A DNA stretch of 64,000 nt from an uncultured Candidatus Saccharibacteria bacterium (GCA_964599285.1 CAZREI010000003.1:3595-67594), one strand, 5' to 3'; shown: positions 8,308-16,644, numbered from the stretch's first letter. Program-made: numbers and translations. Notes: generated by a model not told the origin, from the letters alone.

Positions 8308-8437
8308 TTTCAGAATAAAAAACGGTTTCCTGGCAACGCGAGCCGTTTTTTATTTCCTGAACTTTGAATCGCCAAATGCTCTTTTCAAAGAGGATTTGAT
8401 GATTTAAAGTTCTTGAAAAATATTGTACTATACACCA

Positions 8438-8851
8438 ATGATAGAGATTAACAATCTTACCAATTTTGCTGTGGATAACGCCTTTTTTTTGGGGGTTGCA
8501 AAAAAAGTGCTAACAGGCGAAAATAAAAGAACGCAAAACGTATCGGTTGCTTTTGTTACGCCGGAGGAAATCCAAAAACTCAATAAAACATACCGCAAAA
8601 AAGACAAGCCAACCGATGTTTTATCATTTGAAAAAGTATCGGAGTTTAAAGATGAAGCGGTGGAAATTATTATTTGCCCGTTCGTGGTGCGCCAAAATGC
8701 AAAGGAGAGTAAATTGCCACTGAAAAAAGAACTGGCAAAAATGCTCATCCACGGGCTGCTGCACACGCTTGGGTACGATCACGAGCGATCAGAAAAAGAA
8801 GCAAGGGTAATGGAGGAACTTGAAAAAAAGTATTTTGCAAAAATAAAGTAA
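8438..8851 (+). CDS. ybeY: rRNA maturation endoribonuclease YbeY
   Basis: The zinc motif HGLLHTLGYDH is present. I chose the ATG at 8438 (MIEINN..) over the upstream TTG of the track ORF. Confidence 0.9.
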   Translation: MIEINNLTNFAVDNAFFLGVAKKVLTGENKRTQNVSVAFVTPEEIQKLNKTYRKKDKPTDVLSFEKVSEFKDEAVEIIICPFVVRQNAKESKLPLKKELAKMLIHGLLHTLGYDHERSEKEARVMEELEKKYFAKIK

Positions 8852-8869
8852 TGCATCAACGGGAATCTG

Positions 8870-8969
8870 GAATCTTGTATCTGGTATCTTGAATTGAATT
8901 TAGAATTTAGAATGTAGCGCTTTGCATTCAAGATTCTTAATTCTATTCCAGCTTCAAGATACAAGATTC
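8870..8969. repeat. about 100-bp imperfect palindrome built from GAATCT/CTTGAAT words
   Basis: GAATCTTGTATC (8870) pairs with GATACAAGATTC (8958). The centre is GAATGTAGCGCTTTGCATTC. It fills the ybeY-ftsA gap. Confidence 0.7.
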
Positions 8970-8983
8970 ATAATTCAAGCGTA

Positions 8984-10228
8984 ATGGCACGCGGTCACAT
9001 CATCACGGGTTTGGACATCGGCACCAGCGCCATTAAGGTTTTGGTTGCGCAAAAAAAGGCAAATGAGTGGGAGCTTTTGGCCTACGACCAAATTCCTTCT
9101 TTTGGCCTGCGTCGCGGTGTGGTGGTCAACGCAGAAGAAACGGCCAAAAATATCCAGCTCCTGCTTTCCGGTGTTGAGCGGGACCATAACATCCGCATTA
9201 ATTCGGCTTTTGTGAACATCGGCGGCAGCCACCTGTACGTGATTCCATCTGATGGCATTATTTCGGTATCGCGCGCCGACCAGCGGATTTCCAAAGAAGA
9301 CGTAGAGCGGGTGTTGCAGGCCGCCCGGTCCATTAACATTCCATCTAACGAAGAAATTTTGGACGTTTTTCCCAAAGAATTTATCATTGACGACCAGCAC
9401 GACATCAAGCAGCCCGAAGGCCTAAGCGGCAAACGGTTGGAAGCAAAGGTGGTACTGCTTTGTTATTTTCAATCATACTTTACCAACTTGACCACGGCGG
9501 TATTAAATGCCAAACTGCAAATTAATGACCTGGTGCCTTCTCCCTTGGCCGCCGCCGAAGCGGTGCTTACTGGCCAGCAAAAAGAACTGGGGGTTGCGTT
9601 AATTGACATTGGATCCGACACCACCAGCCTTGCCGTGTTTGAAGAGGGTGACCTGGTGCACCTTGCCATTTTTCCGCTGGGATCGGCCAACATTACCAAA
9701 GATATTGCTATTGGGCTTCGGGTGGAATTTGCCACGGCCGAGAATATTAAAAAACAGCATGGGTCGCTCTTAGTTGGCGGCAACGGCATGGGCAATGGCA
9801 AAAAAGATCAAAGCAAAAAGAAAATAGAAATGTTTGAACAGGCCGATTCACTTTCTTTCACGGAAAAGGAACTGGTTAATATTATTGGTCCGCGGGTGCA
9901 AGAAATTTTGGACCTAATGCAAAAGGAACTTAAAAAAATCGGCAAACAAGAATTGCTGCCAGCCGGGATTGTTTTGACCGGCGGCGGGGCAAAGTTGCCG
10001 GGAATTAAGGAATTGGCCAAAGAGCAGTTGCGGCTTCCTTGCGAGATTGGCGTTATCAAGGGCATCGCCGGGCTGGAACAGGATCCTGCTTACGCCACGG
10101 TGGCGGGCTTGGTGCTGGGCGGCGCCAGTATTGATGAGTCAGGGGGCGAAGGGATGTCTGAATTTTTGGGATTTATGAAAAAAACTTCTTTTAAGCTCAA
10201 GAAAATGTTTCGAGTCTTCATCCCATAA
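8984..10228 (+). CDS. ftsA: cell division protein FtsA
   Basis: Actin-like ATPase start GLDIGTSAIKVLV, VLTGGGAKLPG, and a C-terminal amphipathic tail KKTSFKLKKMFRVFIP. Confidence 0.95.
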   Translation: MARGHIITGLDIGTSAIKVLVAQKKANEWELLAYDQIPSFGLRRGVVVNAEETAKNIQLLLSGVERDHNIRINSAFVNIGGSHLYVIPSDGIISVSRADQRISKEDVERVLQAARSINIPSNEEILDVFPKEFIIDDQHDIKQPEGLSGKRLEAKVVLLCYFQSYFTNLTTAVLNAKLQINDLVPSPLAAAEAVLTGQQKELGVALIDIGSDTTSLAVFEEGDLVHLAIFPLGSANITKDIAIGLRVEFATAENIKKQHGSLLVGGNGMGNGKKDQSKKKIEMFEQADSLSFTEKELVNIIGPRVQEILDLMQKELKKIGKQELLPAGIVLTGGGAKLPGIKELAKEQLRLPCEIGVIKGIAGLEQDPAYATVAGLVLGGASIDESGGEGMSEFLGFMKKTSFKLKKMFRVFIP

Positions 10229-10231
10229 CTG

Positions 10232-10316
10232 GCTACGAAATACGAATTTGTTACGAATATACCAAATCAAACGCAACGTTAATTCGTATATTGGTACTTG
10301 ATTCGTATTTCGTAGC
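10232..10316. repeat. 85-bp hairpin element built from ACGAAT/ATTCGT words
   Basis: A perfect 16-bp inverted repeat GCTACGAAATACGAAT / ATTCGTATTTCGTAGC. It ends 8 nt before the ftsZ ATG. Confidence 0.75.
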
Positions 10317-10323
10317 GAATTTC

Positions 10324-11268
10324 ATGAATCCGATTATAAAAGTGATAGGGGTCGGGGGGTCGGGGTCCAATACTATCGCGCGCATTGGCGCGGGACATCA
10401 CCCAGTGCGCAAGGACGCCACCTTTGATGGCATTGAGCTGGTGGCTGTCAATACCGACGCCCAGGCTTTGCATTTTTGCAAGGTAGAAAAAAAGATCTTG
10501 ATTGGTCAGCAAACCACCAAAGGGCTTGGCGCTGGCATGGACATCAATCTTGGCAAAGAAGCCGCCAAAGAAAGCACCAAAGAATTGGAAGCTTTTTTAA
10601 AAGGCGCCGACATGGTTTTTATTACCTGTGGTCTTGGCGGCGGAACGGGCAGCGGAGCCGGGCCGGTGATTGCCGAAATTTCCAAGGGCCTGGGAATTTT
10701 GACGGTGGCGGTGGTGACCACGCCATTTTCTTTTGAGGGCGAGCAACGAAGAGAAGTCGCCCAAACCGCGCTGAAAAATTTAAAAGGCAAAGTGGATTCA
10801 TTGCTGGTAATTTCCAACGACAACTTGCTGAAAATCATTGACCAAAAAACCACCGTGTCCAGTGCTTTTGAAATTTGCGACGACATTTTAAAGCAGGCGG
10901 TTGGAGGCATCACGGACCTTATGCTGTCTCCCGGAATCATCAGTATTGATTTTGCGTCGGTGGTTTCTATTATGAAAAATTCCGGCCAGGCACTGTTTGG
11001 CATGGGCAGAGCCACTGGAGAGCATCGCGCGGTTGAAGCGGCAACCAAGGCTATTACCTCGCCCTTGTTGGATTTTTCCATCAAAGGGTCCAAAGGAATT
11101 TTGTTTAACGCTGCGGGCGCTGATGTCACGTTGCAGGAAATAAAAGACGCGGCAAAAGTGATTACCGGGCACGTTGATTCCAAAGCCCAAATTATTTTCG
11201 GAGCGGTCAAAGACACCACGTTGAAAAAAGGGGAAATTAAGATTACGGTTATCGCCACAAAATTCTAA
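10324..11268 (+). CDS. ftsZ: cell division GTPase FtsZ (core only, no C-terminal tail)
   Basis: Carries GVGGSGSN, NTDAQAL and GLGGGTGSGAGPV (tubulin signature). The protein ends ..KITVIATKF* right after the globular core. The start at ATG 10324 is uncertain because no SD is visible. Confidence 0.93.
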   Translation: MNPIIKVIGVGGSGSNTIARIGAGHHPVRKDATFDGIELVAVNTDAQALHFCKVEKKILIGQQTTKGLGAGMDINLGKEAAKESTKELEAFLKGADMVFITCGLGGGTGSGAGPVIAEISKGLGILTVAVVTTPFSFEGEQRREVAQTALKNLKGKVDSLLVISNDNLLKIIDQKTTVSSAFEICDDILKQAVGGITDLMLSPGIISIDFASVVSIMKNSGQALFGMGRATGEHRAVEAATKAITSPLLDFSIKGSKGILFNAAGADVTLQEIKDAAKVITGHVDSKAQIIFGAVKDTTLKKGEIKITVIATKF

Positions 11269-11270
11269 AC

Positions 11271-11428
11271 GGAGTAATCACGAATATACAAATACGATCA
11301 AATATACAAATTTTACAAATATACAAATCTCGTCACCGTCATTGCGAGCCGCAGCGTGGCAATCTATCACATTCGTATATTGGTAACATTTGTATATTAT
11401 TTTAGATTTGTATATTCGTGATTACTCC
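11271..11428 (+). repeat. arm-core-arm element (TATACAAAT arms plus CAT core), copy 1
   Basis: 23-bp perfect TIR GGAGTAATCACGAATATACAAAT / ATTTGTATATTCGTGATTACTCC. The CAT core lies at 11338..11365. A paralog sits at 28800..28955 in the opposite orientation. Confidence 0.85.
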
Positions 11429-11434
11429 TCATAC

Positions 11435-12949
11435 ATGACGGCGTCCAAACTCCTTTTCTGCCTTTGCGTTTCCTTTATTGTTGGAATCGCGGTAAGTTCG
11501 CTCATCCACATTCCCCAAGGTTACATCTTGGGTTTTTTAATGTTGGCGATATTGCTGGTTATCACGTTGATGGTAATGTGCCATTATCGACGATCGTCGC
11601 TGATGGCACATCCGCAAAATACTGTTTTAGTGGCCGGGCTTTGCCTGTCCATGTTGGCGGCGGGTATGCTGCGGTTTTCTGGCGCGCAAGATACTATCAG
11701 CACCAACTCATTATCCAAATTAAACGACAAGCCCGGAACTATTACTCTGACTGGCCAAGTCGCGGACGAACCGGATATCAGGGACACGTCCCAAAAATTA
11801 AAAATAAAAATACACGACAGCCTGGTGCTGGTGACGCTGGGACGATATCCACAGTATCGCTACTTAGACACCTTGCGACTTACCGGAGAACTAAAATCGC
11901 CGCCAGTTTTTAATGATTTTAATTACCGGCAATTTTTGCAAAAAGATGGCATTTACTCGGTTATGGATTACCCAAAGGTTGCGCTGATTTCTCAAAAACC
12001 CGCTTACAACATTTTCACATACGCGTATGAAAAAATATTATTTTGCAAAGAAAAACTGCGCCAGTCCATTTACAATCATTTTTCAGGGCCGCAAAAGCTG
12101 CTATTGGAAGGCATTTTGCTTGGGGACAATTCCAACATGACCCAGGATTTGCGCGACAAGCTAAATACCGCTGGGCTTCGGTACTTAACCGCCATTTCCG
12201 GCGCGCACGTGATTGTGGTTAGCGAACTGTTAATGTTGTTATTTTTGGCGCTGGGATTTTGGCGCGGCCAGGCTTTTTATTTTTCCGTTATTTTTATTTG
12301 GCTTTACATTGCTCTGACTGGCTTTAGCGCGTCGGGCATTCGCGCGGCCACCATGGGCAGTATTTCACTTTTGGCTCAGCACCTTGGCCGGCAAAACACT
12401 AATGCCCGAAACATCACACTGGCTGGCGCCCTGATGCTCTGGCAAAATCCGATGCTACTTGCCTACGACGTGGGCTTCCAACTTTCATTCTTGGCTTCAC
12501 TGGGAATTATTTACTGCAAGCCTCTACTGGAACATTTTATGACACAATTTACCAAAGAACGCGCGGCATACTGGGTTTCCATGATTGCCGTCACCCTCAC
12601 CGCCCAGATTTTTACCCTACCCATTATGGTTTTTAACTTTGGTAGTATTTCGCTGGTAGCGCCGCTGACCAATATCCTCATTATGCCCATGTTTTACTGG
12701 CTGATGGTGGCAGGGTTTTTGGCGGCACTGGCGGGAATATTTTCCAACGTTATGGGATTTATTTTTTCCATCCCGTGTTGGTTTTTGCTAAGCTATTTTT
12801 TAAAAGTCTTAGATATTTTTTCCCGACCCTGGGCCCAAACAGCCGTGTCACATATTTGGTGGATGTGGGTGGTTCTCTATTACCTGGCGTTGGCGGCAGC
12901 CATAGCATACTGCACCAAAAAACTCAAACCCACTTTTTTGGGCTACTGA
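11435..12949 (+). CDS. comEC: ComEC/Rec2-family DNA uptake channel (no metallo-beta-lactamase domain)
   Basis: A polytopic membrane protein with an N-terminal OB-like region (TLTGQVADEPD..), then the competence-domain pattern AGLRYLTAISGAHV..SASGIRAA. It ends after the membrane domain. Confidence 0.8.
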   Translation: MTASKLLFCLCVSFIVGIAVSSLIHIPQGYILGFLMLAILLVITLMVMCHYRRSSLMAHPQNTVLVAGLCLSMLAAGMLRFSGAQDTISTNSLSKLNDKPGTITLTGQVADEPDIRDTSQKLKIKIHDSLVLVTLGRYPQYRYLDTLRLTGELKSPPVFNDFNYRQFLQKDGIYSVMDYPKVALISQKPAYNIFTYAYEKILFCKEKLRQSIYNHFSGPQKLLLEGILLGDNSNMTQDLRDKLNTAGLRYLTAISGAHVIVVSELLMLLFLALGFWRGQAFYFSVIFIWLYIALTGFSASGIRAATMGSISLLAQHLGRQNTNARNITLAGALMLWQNPMLLAYDVGFQLSFLASLGIIYCKPLLEHFMTQFTKERAAYWVSMIAVTLTAQIFTLPIMVFNFGSISLVAPLTNILIMPMFYWLMVAGFLAALAGIFSNVMGFIFSIPCWFLLSYFLKVLDIFSRPWAQTAVSHIWWMWVVLYYLALAAAIAYCTKKLKPTFLGY

Positions 12950-13008
12950 TATTAAAAACTCCTATTCTCGAGAATATGAGAATATGGAAGCATTAAAAAA
13001 ATTCCTAC

Positions 13009-13070
13009 AAAAGCCAAACCGTACTCCAAAATTAGAAGCTTCTAATTTTGGAGTACGGTTTGGCTTTTTT
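13009..13070. terminator. bidirectional terminator, about 60-bp perfect palindrome
   Basis: AAAAGCCAAACCGTACTCCAAAATTAGAAGCTTCTAATTTTGGAGTACGGTTTGGCTTTTTT has an A-tract on the left and a T-tract on the right. It lies between convergent comEC (+) and 13164..13763 (-). Confidence 0.8.
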
Positions 13071-13163
13071 GTTTGCGTGCACATTAGATAGGCGTTCGTA
13101 GGTAAAAAAAGAGCCGAGAGGGAAATCCCTTCGGCTGGGTGTGTGCCTTGCGGCTTTGATGGG

Positions 13164-13763
13164 TTAAGAGATTTCTTTGAAGGCGAAGCTTTTGCCTTTG
13201 GACGCGATGTGAAACACGTGGTCTTTTTTCCCGGGCAAAATAGACGGGGCAACGTCCTTCATTTTTTTGGCGGAATACACTTCTACCATGGTGTCTTCTT
13301 TTTCCATCTCCGGGACTTTGCCCCTGATTTCCAGGTTGCAATATCCGCAGGGACTGTGGAAAAAGTAAAAGACATCCGTGATGAGCTTCTTGAGTGCCGC
13401 AATTCGTCGTATTGACGCCTTGAGGCTCTCGCAGTCAACCGCCAAATGTCGCGAATGGACAAGAGCGAGTCCTCCGCCATCGCGCAACACAGGAAAGATA
13501 TTGCCTTCCTGGAGGTTGAAGTTTTCAAACAAAAACCTCCGGATTTCGGGGTACAAACCGTGTCCCCCTTGATCTGAATCGGGGCAGGCAACTACCAACG
13601 CGGTAGTAGGCAAGAAATATATTTCCTCCTTTCTCCCGTTAAGGACTCCTTGGGTCGGAACACGTTCTACTGCCACGCACTGCTCGATCATCGAAACCTC
13701 TCTACATCTTGTAAAGGTTCTGCCAAGGTGACGGTTGTCAGCTCCATTGCTAACATCCACCAT
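13164..13763 (-). CDS. hypothetical protein (199 aa; likely true start at Met25, 13691)
   Basis: This is the longest ORF in a visibly G+C-richer patch. GAGAGG precedes the internal ATG (MIEQC..). Cys/His clusters (ACPDSD, HSPCGYC) are present, but I recognise no family. Confidence 0.4.
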   Translation of the reverse strand: MVDVSNGADNRHLGRTFTRCREVSMIEQCVAVERVPTQGVLNGRKEEIYFLPTTALVVACPDSDQGGHGLYPEIRRFLFENFNLQEGNIFPVLRDGGGLALVHSRHLAVDCESLKASIRRIAALKKLITDVFYFFHSPCGYCNLEIRGKVPEMEKEDTMVEVYSAKKMKDVAPSILPGKKDHVFHIASKGKSFAFKEIS

Positions 13764-13818
13764 GCCACCTTAACTATCCTCATTATTACATAATTATTAA
13801 AAAATGCAACAGTCAAGC

Positions 13819-13850
13819 AAAAACCAGCCCGCTTAAGCGGGCTGGTTTTT
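13819..13850. terminator. bidirectional hairpin terminator
   Basis: AAAAACCAGCCCGCTTAAGCGGGCTGGTTTTT is a perfect palindrome flanked by A and T tracts. Confidence 0.8.
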
Positions 13851-13859
13851 GGTCAAATA

Positions 13860-14246
13860 CTAATTGATTTTTTCCACGGTTTTCCAGTCGCCTTCCACCC
13901 ACAAGCATATAATTTCCACTTCAAATCCAAACGACTCCACCGTTTTTCTTGCTTCTTGCAAGTGTTTGATTTGCTCCTCTTTTTCAACAGGATTACCCGC
14001 GCATCCAAAGTGCCCCACAATAGCAATGACCTTTGAACCATGGTGCTCAACGGAAATACCAACCCGTTTTTTGATATTTTCAATAACGGCAGTGTTTTGG
14101 TTGTCGGCTAAAATTTTGTTGGGGCCGGGTTCGGTGACCATGTCCACATAATCCACGCTGTAATTTTTTTGAATATAACTTTTAACCGCGTCCTGGATTC
14201 GGCCGTCCATGCAGTTGATAGCGCAAGCAAACGTTTTATTTTCCAT
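13860..14246 (-). CDS. small beta-carbonic-anhydrase-like protein (128 aa)
   Basis: CMDGR (the CxDxR zinc motif of beta-CA) and GHFGCAG (HxxC) are both present. The short length makes the assignment tentative. Confidence 0.45.
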   Translation of the reverse strand: MENKTFACAINCMDGRIQDAVKSYIQKNYSVDYVDMVTEPGPNKILADNQNTAVIENIKKRVGISVEHHGSKVIAIVGHFGCAGNPVEKEEQIKHLQEARKTVESFGFEVEIICLWVEGDWKTVEKIN

Positions 14247-14336
14247 AAAAATCTTTTATATAATTTTTATAATCTTTATAGCCATTATAAACATTATAAT
14301 TTCTTTTGCAACTAAGTTATAGTATAATGAAAAAAC

Positions 14337-15638
14337 ATGGAAATTAATTCTCATACAAGCCAAAAAGCCTGGGTGGTGGCGGTGGATATGGGCTATGGCC
14401 ACCAGCGCACCGCTTACCCTTTGCGTGACATTGCCTTGGGCCGGGCTATTATTAATGCCAACAATTACGACGGCGTCCCCAAAAAAGATCAGCGCATTTG
14501 GCAGACCACTCGCTCCTTTTATGAATTCATTTCGCGCTTCCGCCGAATTCCCATCATCGGTCTGTTCCTTTTTTTATTTTTAGACCGGTTCCAAAAAATT
14601 ATGGGCTATTACCCAAAGCGCGACCTGTCCAAATCAAACTTCAACGGCAAAACCATTTTTTCGTTCATCAAAAAAGGTTGGGGCAAAGATTTGATAGAAC
14701 GCCTCAAAAAAAATCCCCTGCCCATGGTCACCACTTTTTTTACGCCGGCATTCATGGCAGAAGAATTAGATTATCCCAACAACATTTACTGCGTCATTTG
14801 CGACGCCGACATCGCCCGGGTCTGGGTGCCGCTGGAGCCCAAACAAAGCCGCATCCAGTATCTTGCTTCAAACACCTGGACGCGCGACCGGCTCAAATTA
14901 TACGGTGTCAAACCGGAAAACATTACCTTAACCGGCTACCCCTTGCCCAAGGAAAACATTGGCCGCAACCAGGAAATTGTCAAAAAGGACATGGGCTACC
15001 GGCTTTTAAACCTTGACCCCAACAAAAAATATCAAAAATTATATAGTCCGCTGGTAAAAAAATATCTTGGATCGTTGCCTACGCGCCCCAACCATCCGCT
15101 GACTGTTATGTTTTCCATCGGCGGAGCCGGCGCCCAAAAAGAAATCGCCCTGCAACTTATCAATAGTTTAAAAGACCGAATCAAGGCCAAAGAATTACGG
15201 TTTATCATATCGGTGGGCGTGCGGGAAGAATTGCGCCACTATTTTGCCACCCACATTAAGGGTTTGGAACTGGACGGCTGGGTGCATATTTTATCGGGAA
15301 AAACTATGCCGGAATACTTTGACACTTTTAATCAGGCTTTGCGCACCACCGATATTTTGATGACCAAACCTTCCGAACTTTCTTTTTACGCCGGCCTTGG
15401 AATTCCCATTATCATCGAACCGTCTATCGGCTCGCAAGAAGATTTTAACCGGCGTTGGCTGATGCATATTGGGGCCGCGGTATTGCAGGAAAATCCAAAG
15501 TACACCCATCAGTGGCTGTTTGATTTGCTGGAAGCGGGGGACTTGGCGGAAGTGGCCATGCAAGGTTTTGTGGAAATAGAAAAAATGGGAACGTATCACA
15601 TCGAAAAATTAGTGCGACATAATAGCTTCCATGCGTAG
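14337..15638 (+). CDS. GT-B glycosyltransferase-like protein (MurG/MGDG-synthase-like)
   Basis: The N-terminal VAVDMGYGHQRTA resembles the GxGH loop of GT28 enzymes. The C-terminal DILMTKPSELSFYAGLGIPIII..QEDFN parallels the donor-binding segment of the clear GT28 gene at 19521. Confidence 0.5.
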   Translation: MEINSHTSQKAWVVAVDMGYGHQRTAYPLRDIALGRAIINANNYDGVPKKDQRIWQTTRSFYEFISRFRRIPIIGLFLFLFLDRFQKIMGYYPKRDLSKSNFNGKTIFSFIKKGWGKDLIERLKKNPLPMVTTFFTPAFMAEELDYPNNIYCVICDADIARVWVPLEPKQSRIQYLASNTWTRDRLKLYGVKPENITLTGYPLPKENIGRNQEIVKKDMGYRLLNLDPNKKYQKLYSPLVKKYLGSLPTRPNHPLTVMFSIGGAGAQKEIALQLINSLKDRIKAKELRFIISVGVREELRHYFATHIKGLELDGWVHILSGKTMPEYFDTFNQALRTTDILMTKPSELSFYAGLGIPIIIEPSIGSQEDFNRRWLMHIGAAVLQENPKYTHQWLFDLLEAGDLAEVAMQGFVEIEKMGTYHIEKLVRHNSFHA

Positions 15639-16644
15639 AATGATTCTTTTGTTTTTAATTATATTTTTTATACTACTTGCCTTGGCGCTGGCGTACTTTT
15701 TTGTCGGCCGAGCGCCGGAGCAAAAAAGTATTACTTGGGGAGTGAATTTTTCCCAGATGCAGGCCGAACAGCTAAAGCTTGATTGGAAAAAAACGTACCT
15801 GGCCATACTGGAAGATTTGGGCGCCACTCACGTAAAATTGCTGACCCAATGGGATTGGGTGGAAGGCAAGCAAGACGATTTTTATTTCAAAGACATTGAT
15901 TGGCAAATCAGCCAGGCCGAAAGCCACGGCGCCAAAATAACCTATGTGGTAGGCATGAAAACCGGACGCTGGCCCGAGTGTCATGTGCCAACCTGGGCCA
16001 ATGATTTGTCAAAATCCGCCCAGCAAGAAAAACTGCTGGAATATATCAAAGAAGTAGTGCAAAGGTATAAAAGTTCGTCGGCTATCATTGCTTGGCAGGC
16101 CGAAAACGAACCGTTGTTTAAATTTGGCCAGTGTCCGTGGTACGACCAGGATTTTTTGACAAAGGAAGTTGCTCTGATAAAATCATTGGACCCATCGCGC
16201 CAAGTGATTGTTTCCGATTCGGGCGAGCAGTCGCTGTGGTTTGGCGCGGCAAAAATCGGTGACGTCGTAGCCACCACTATGTATCGGAAGCTGTGGTTTC
16301 ATGTTGCGGACGGCGTTGGTTTTTATAGCAGCTTTCCCATTCCACCCGTTTTTTACTATCGCAAAGCCCAGCTGGTCAATTACTTTTTTGGCAAGCAGGT
16401 TATCTGCGGCGAATTGCAAGCCGAACCGTGGGCCTACAAAACATTTTACGACGTTCCGTTAGAAGAACAAGAAAAAACCATGAACCCAAAGCAATTTCAA
16501 GACAATATTGAGTATGCAAAAAAAACCGGCCTGCCACAATTTTACTTCTGGGGAAGCGAATGGTGGTACTGGCTCAAGGAGAAACAGAATAAGCCACAGA
16601 TTTGGGAAGAAGCCAAAACATTATTTAAACACGATAATCAGTAA
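15631..16644 (+). CDS. membrane-anchored clan GH-A (TIM-barrel) glycoside-hydrolase-like protein
   Basis: An N-terminal TM helix is followed by AWQAENEP (the NEP acid/base motif of GH5-like enzymes) and a later GELQAEPW. It overlaps the upstream gene by 8 bp. Confidence 0.5.
   Translation: MRRMILLFLIIFFILLALALAYFFVGRAPEQKSITWGVNFSQMQAEQLKLDWKKTYLAILEDLGATHVKLLTQWDWVEGKQDDFYFKDIDWQISQAESHGAKITYVVGMKTGRWPECHVPTWANDLSKSAQQEKLLEYIKEVVQRYKSSSAIIAWQAENEPLFKFGQCPWYDQDFLTKEVALIKSLDPSRQVIVSDSGEQSLWFGAAKIGDVVATTMYRKLWFHVADGVGFYSSFPIPPVFYYRKAQLVNYFFGKQVICGELQAEPWAYKTFYDVPLEEQEKTMNPKQFQDNIEYAKKTGLPQFYFWGSEWWYWLKEKQNKPQIWEEAKTLFKHDNQ

Noticed and set aside
8225-8407. Track ORFs spanning LH elements give similar peptides such as ..FLSQKLGKIQRNH... 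They are 8225..8407, 27942..28220, 39596..39832 and the tail of 4121..4570.
   Set aside because: The similarity comes from translating the repeat itself. The ORFs have no conserved start or stop positions relative to the element, they change frame between copies, and one copy is inverted. I treat them as non-coding repeat sequence.
10506-11258. A 250-aa ORF antisense to ftsZ. Similar long antisense ORFs lie inside clpB (23562..24275), the GT4 gene (43280..43801), ftsA (8975..9400), htrA (21594..22067) and the amidase gene (56090..56524).
   Set aside because: Each lies entirely within a gene that has strong, motif-supported identity on the other strand. Their products are low-complexity with no recognisable motifs. 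They are typical shadow ORFs of moderately G+C-rich coding regions.
14323-14339. A leaderless mRNA for the gene at 14337. A TATAAT box at 14323..14328 would place the transcription start at or next to the ATG.
   Set aside because: The divergent spacer 14247..14336 contains several TATAAT-like strings, no clear -35 element, and I have no transcript data. I cannot distinguish this from chance.
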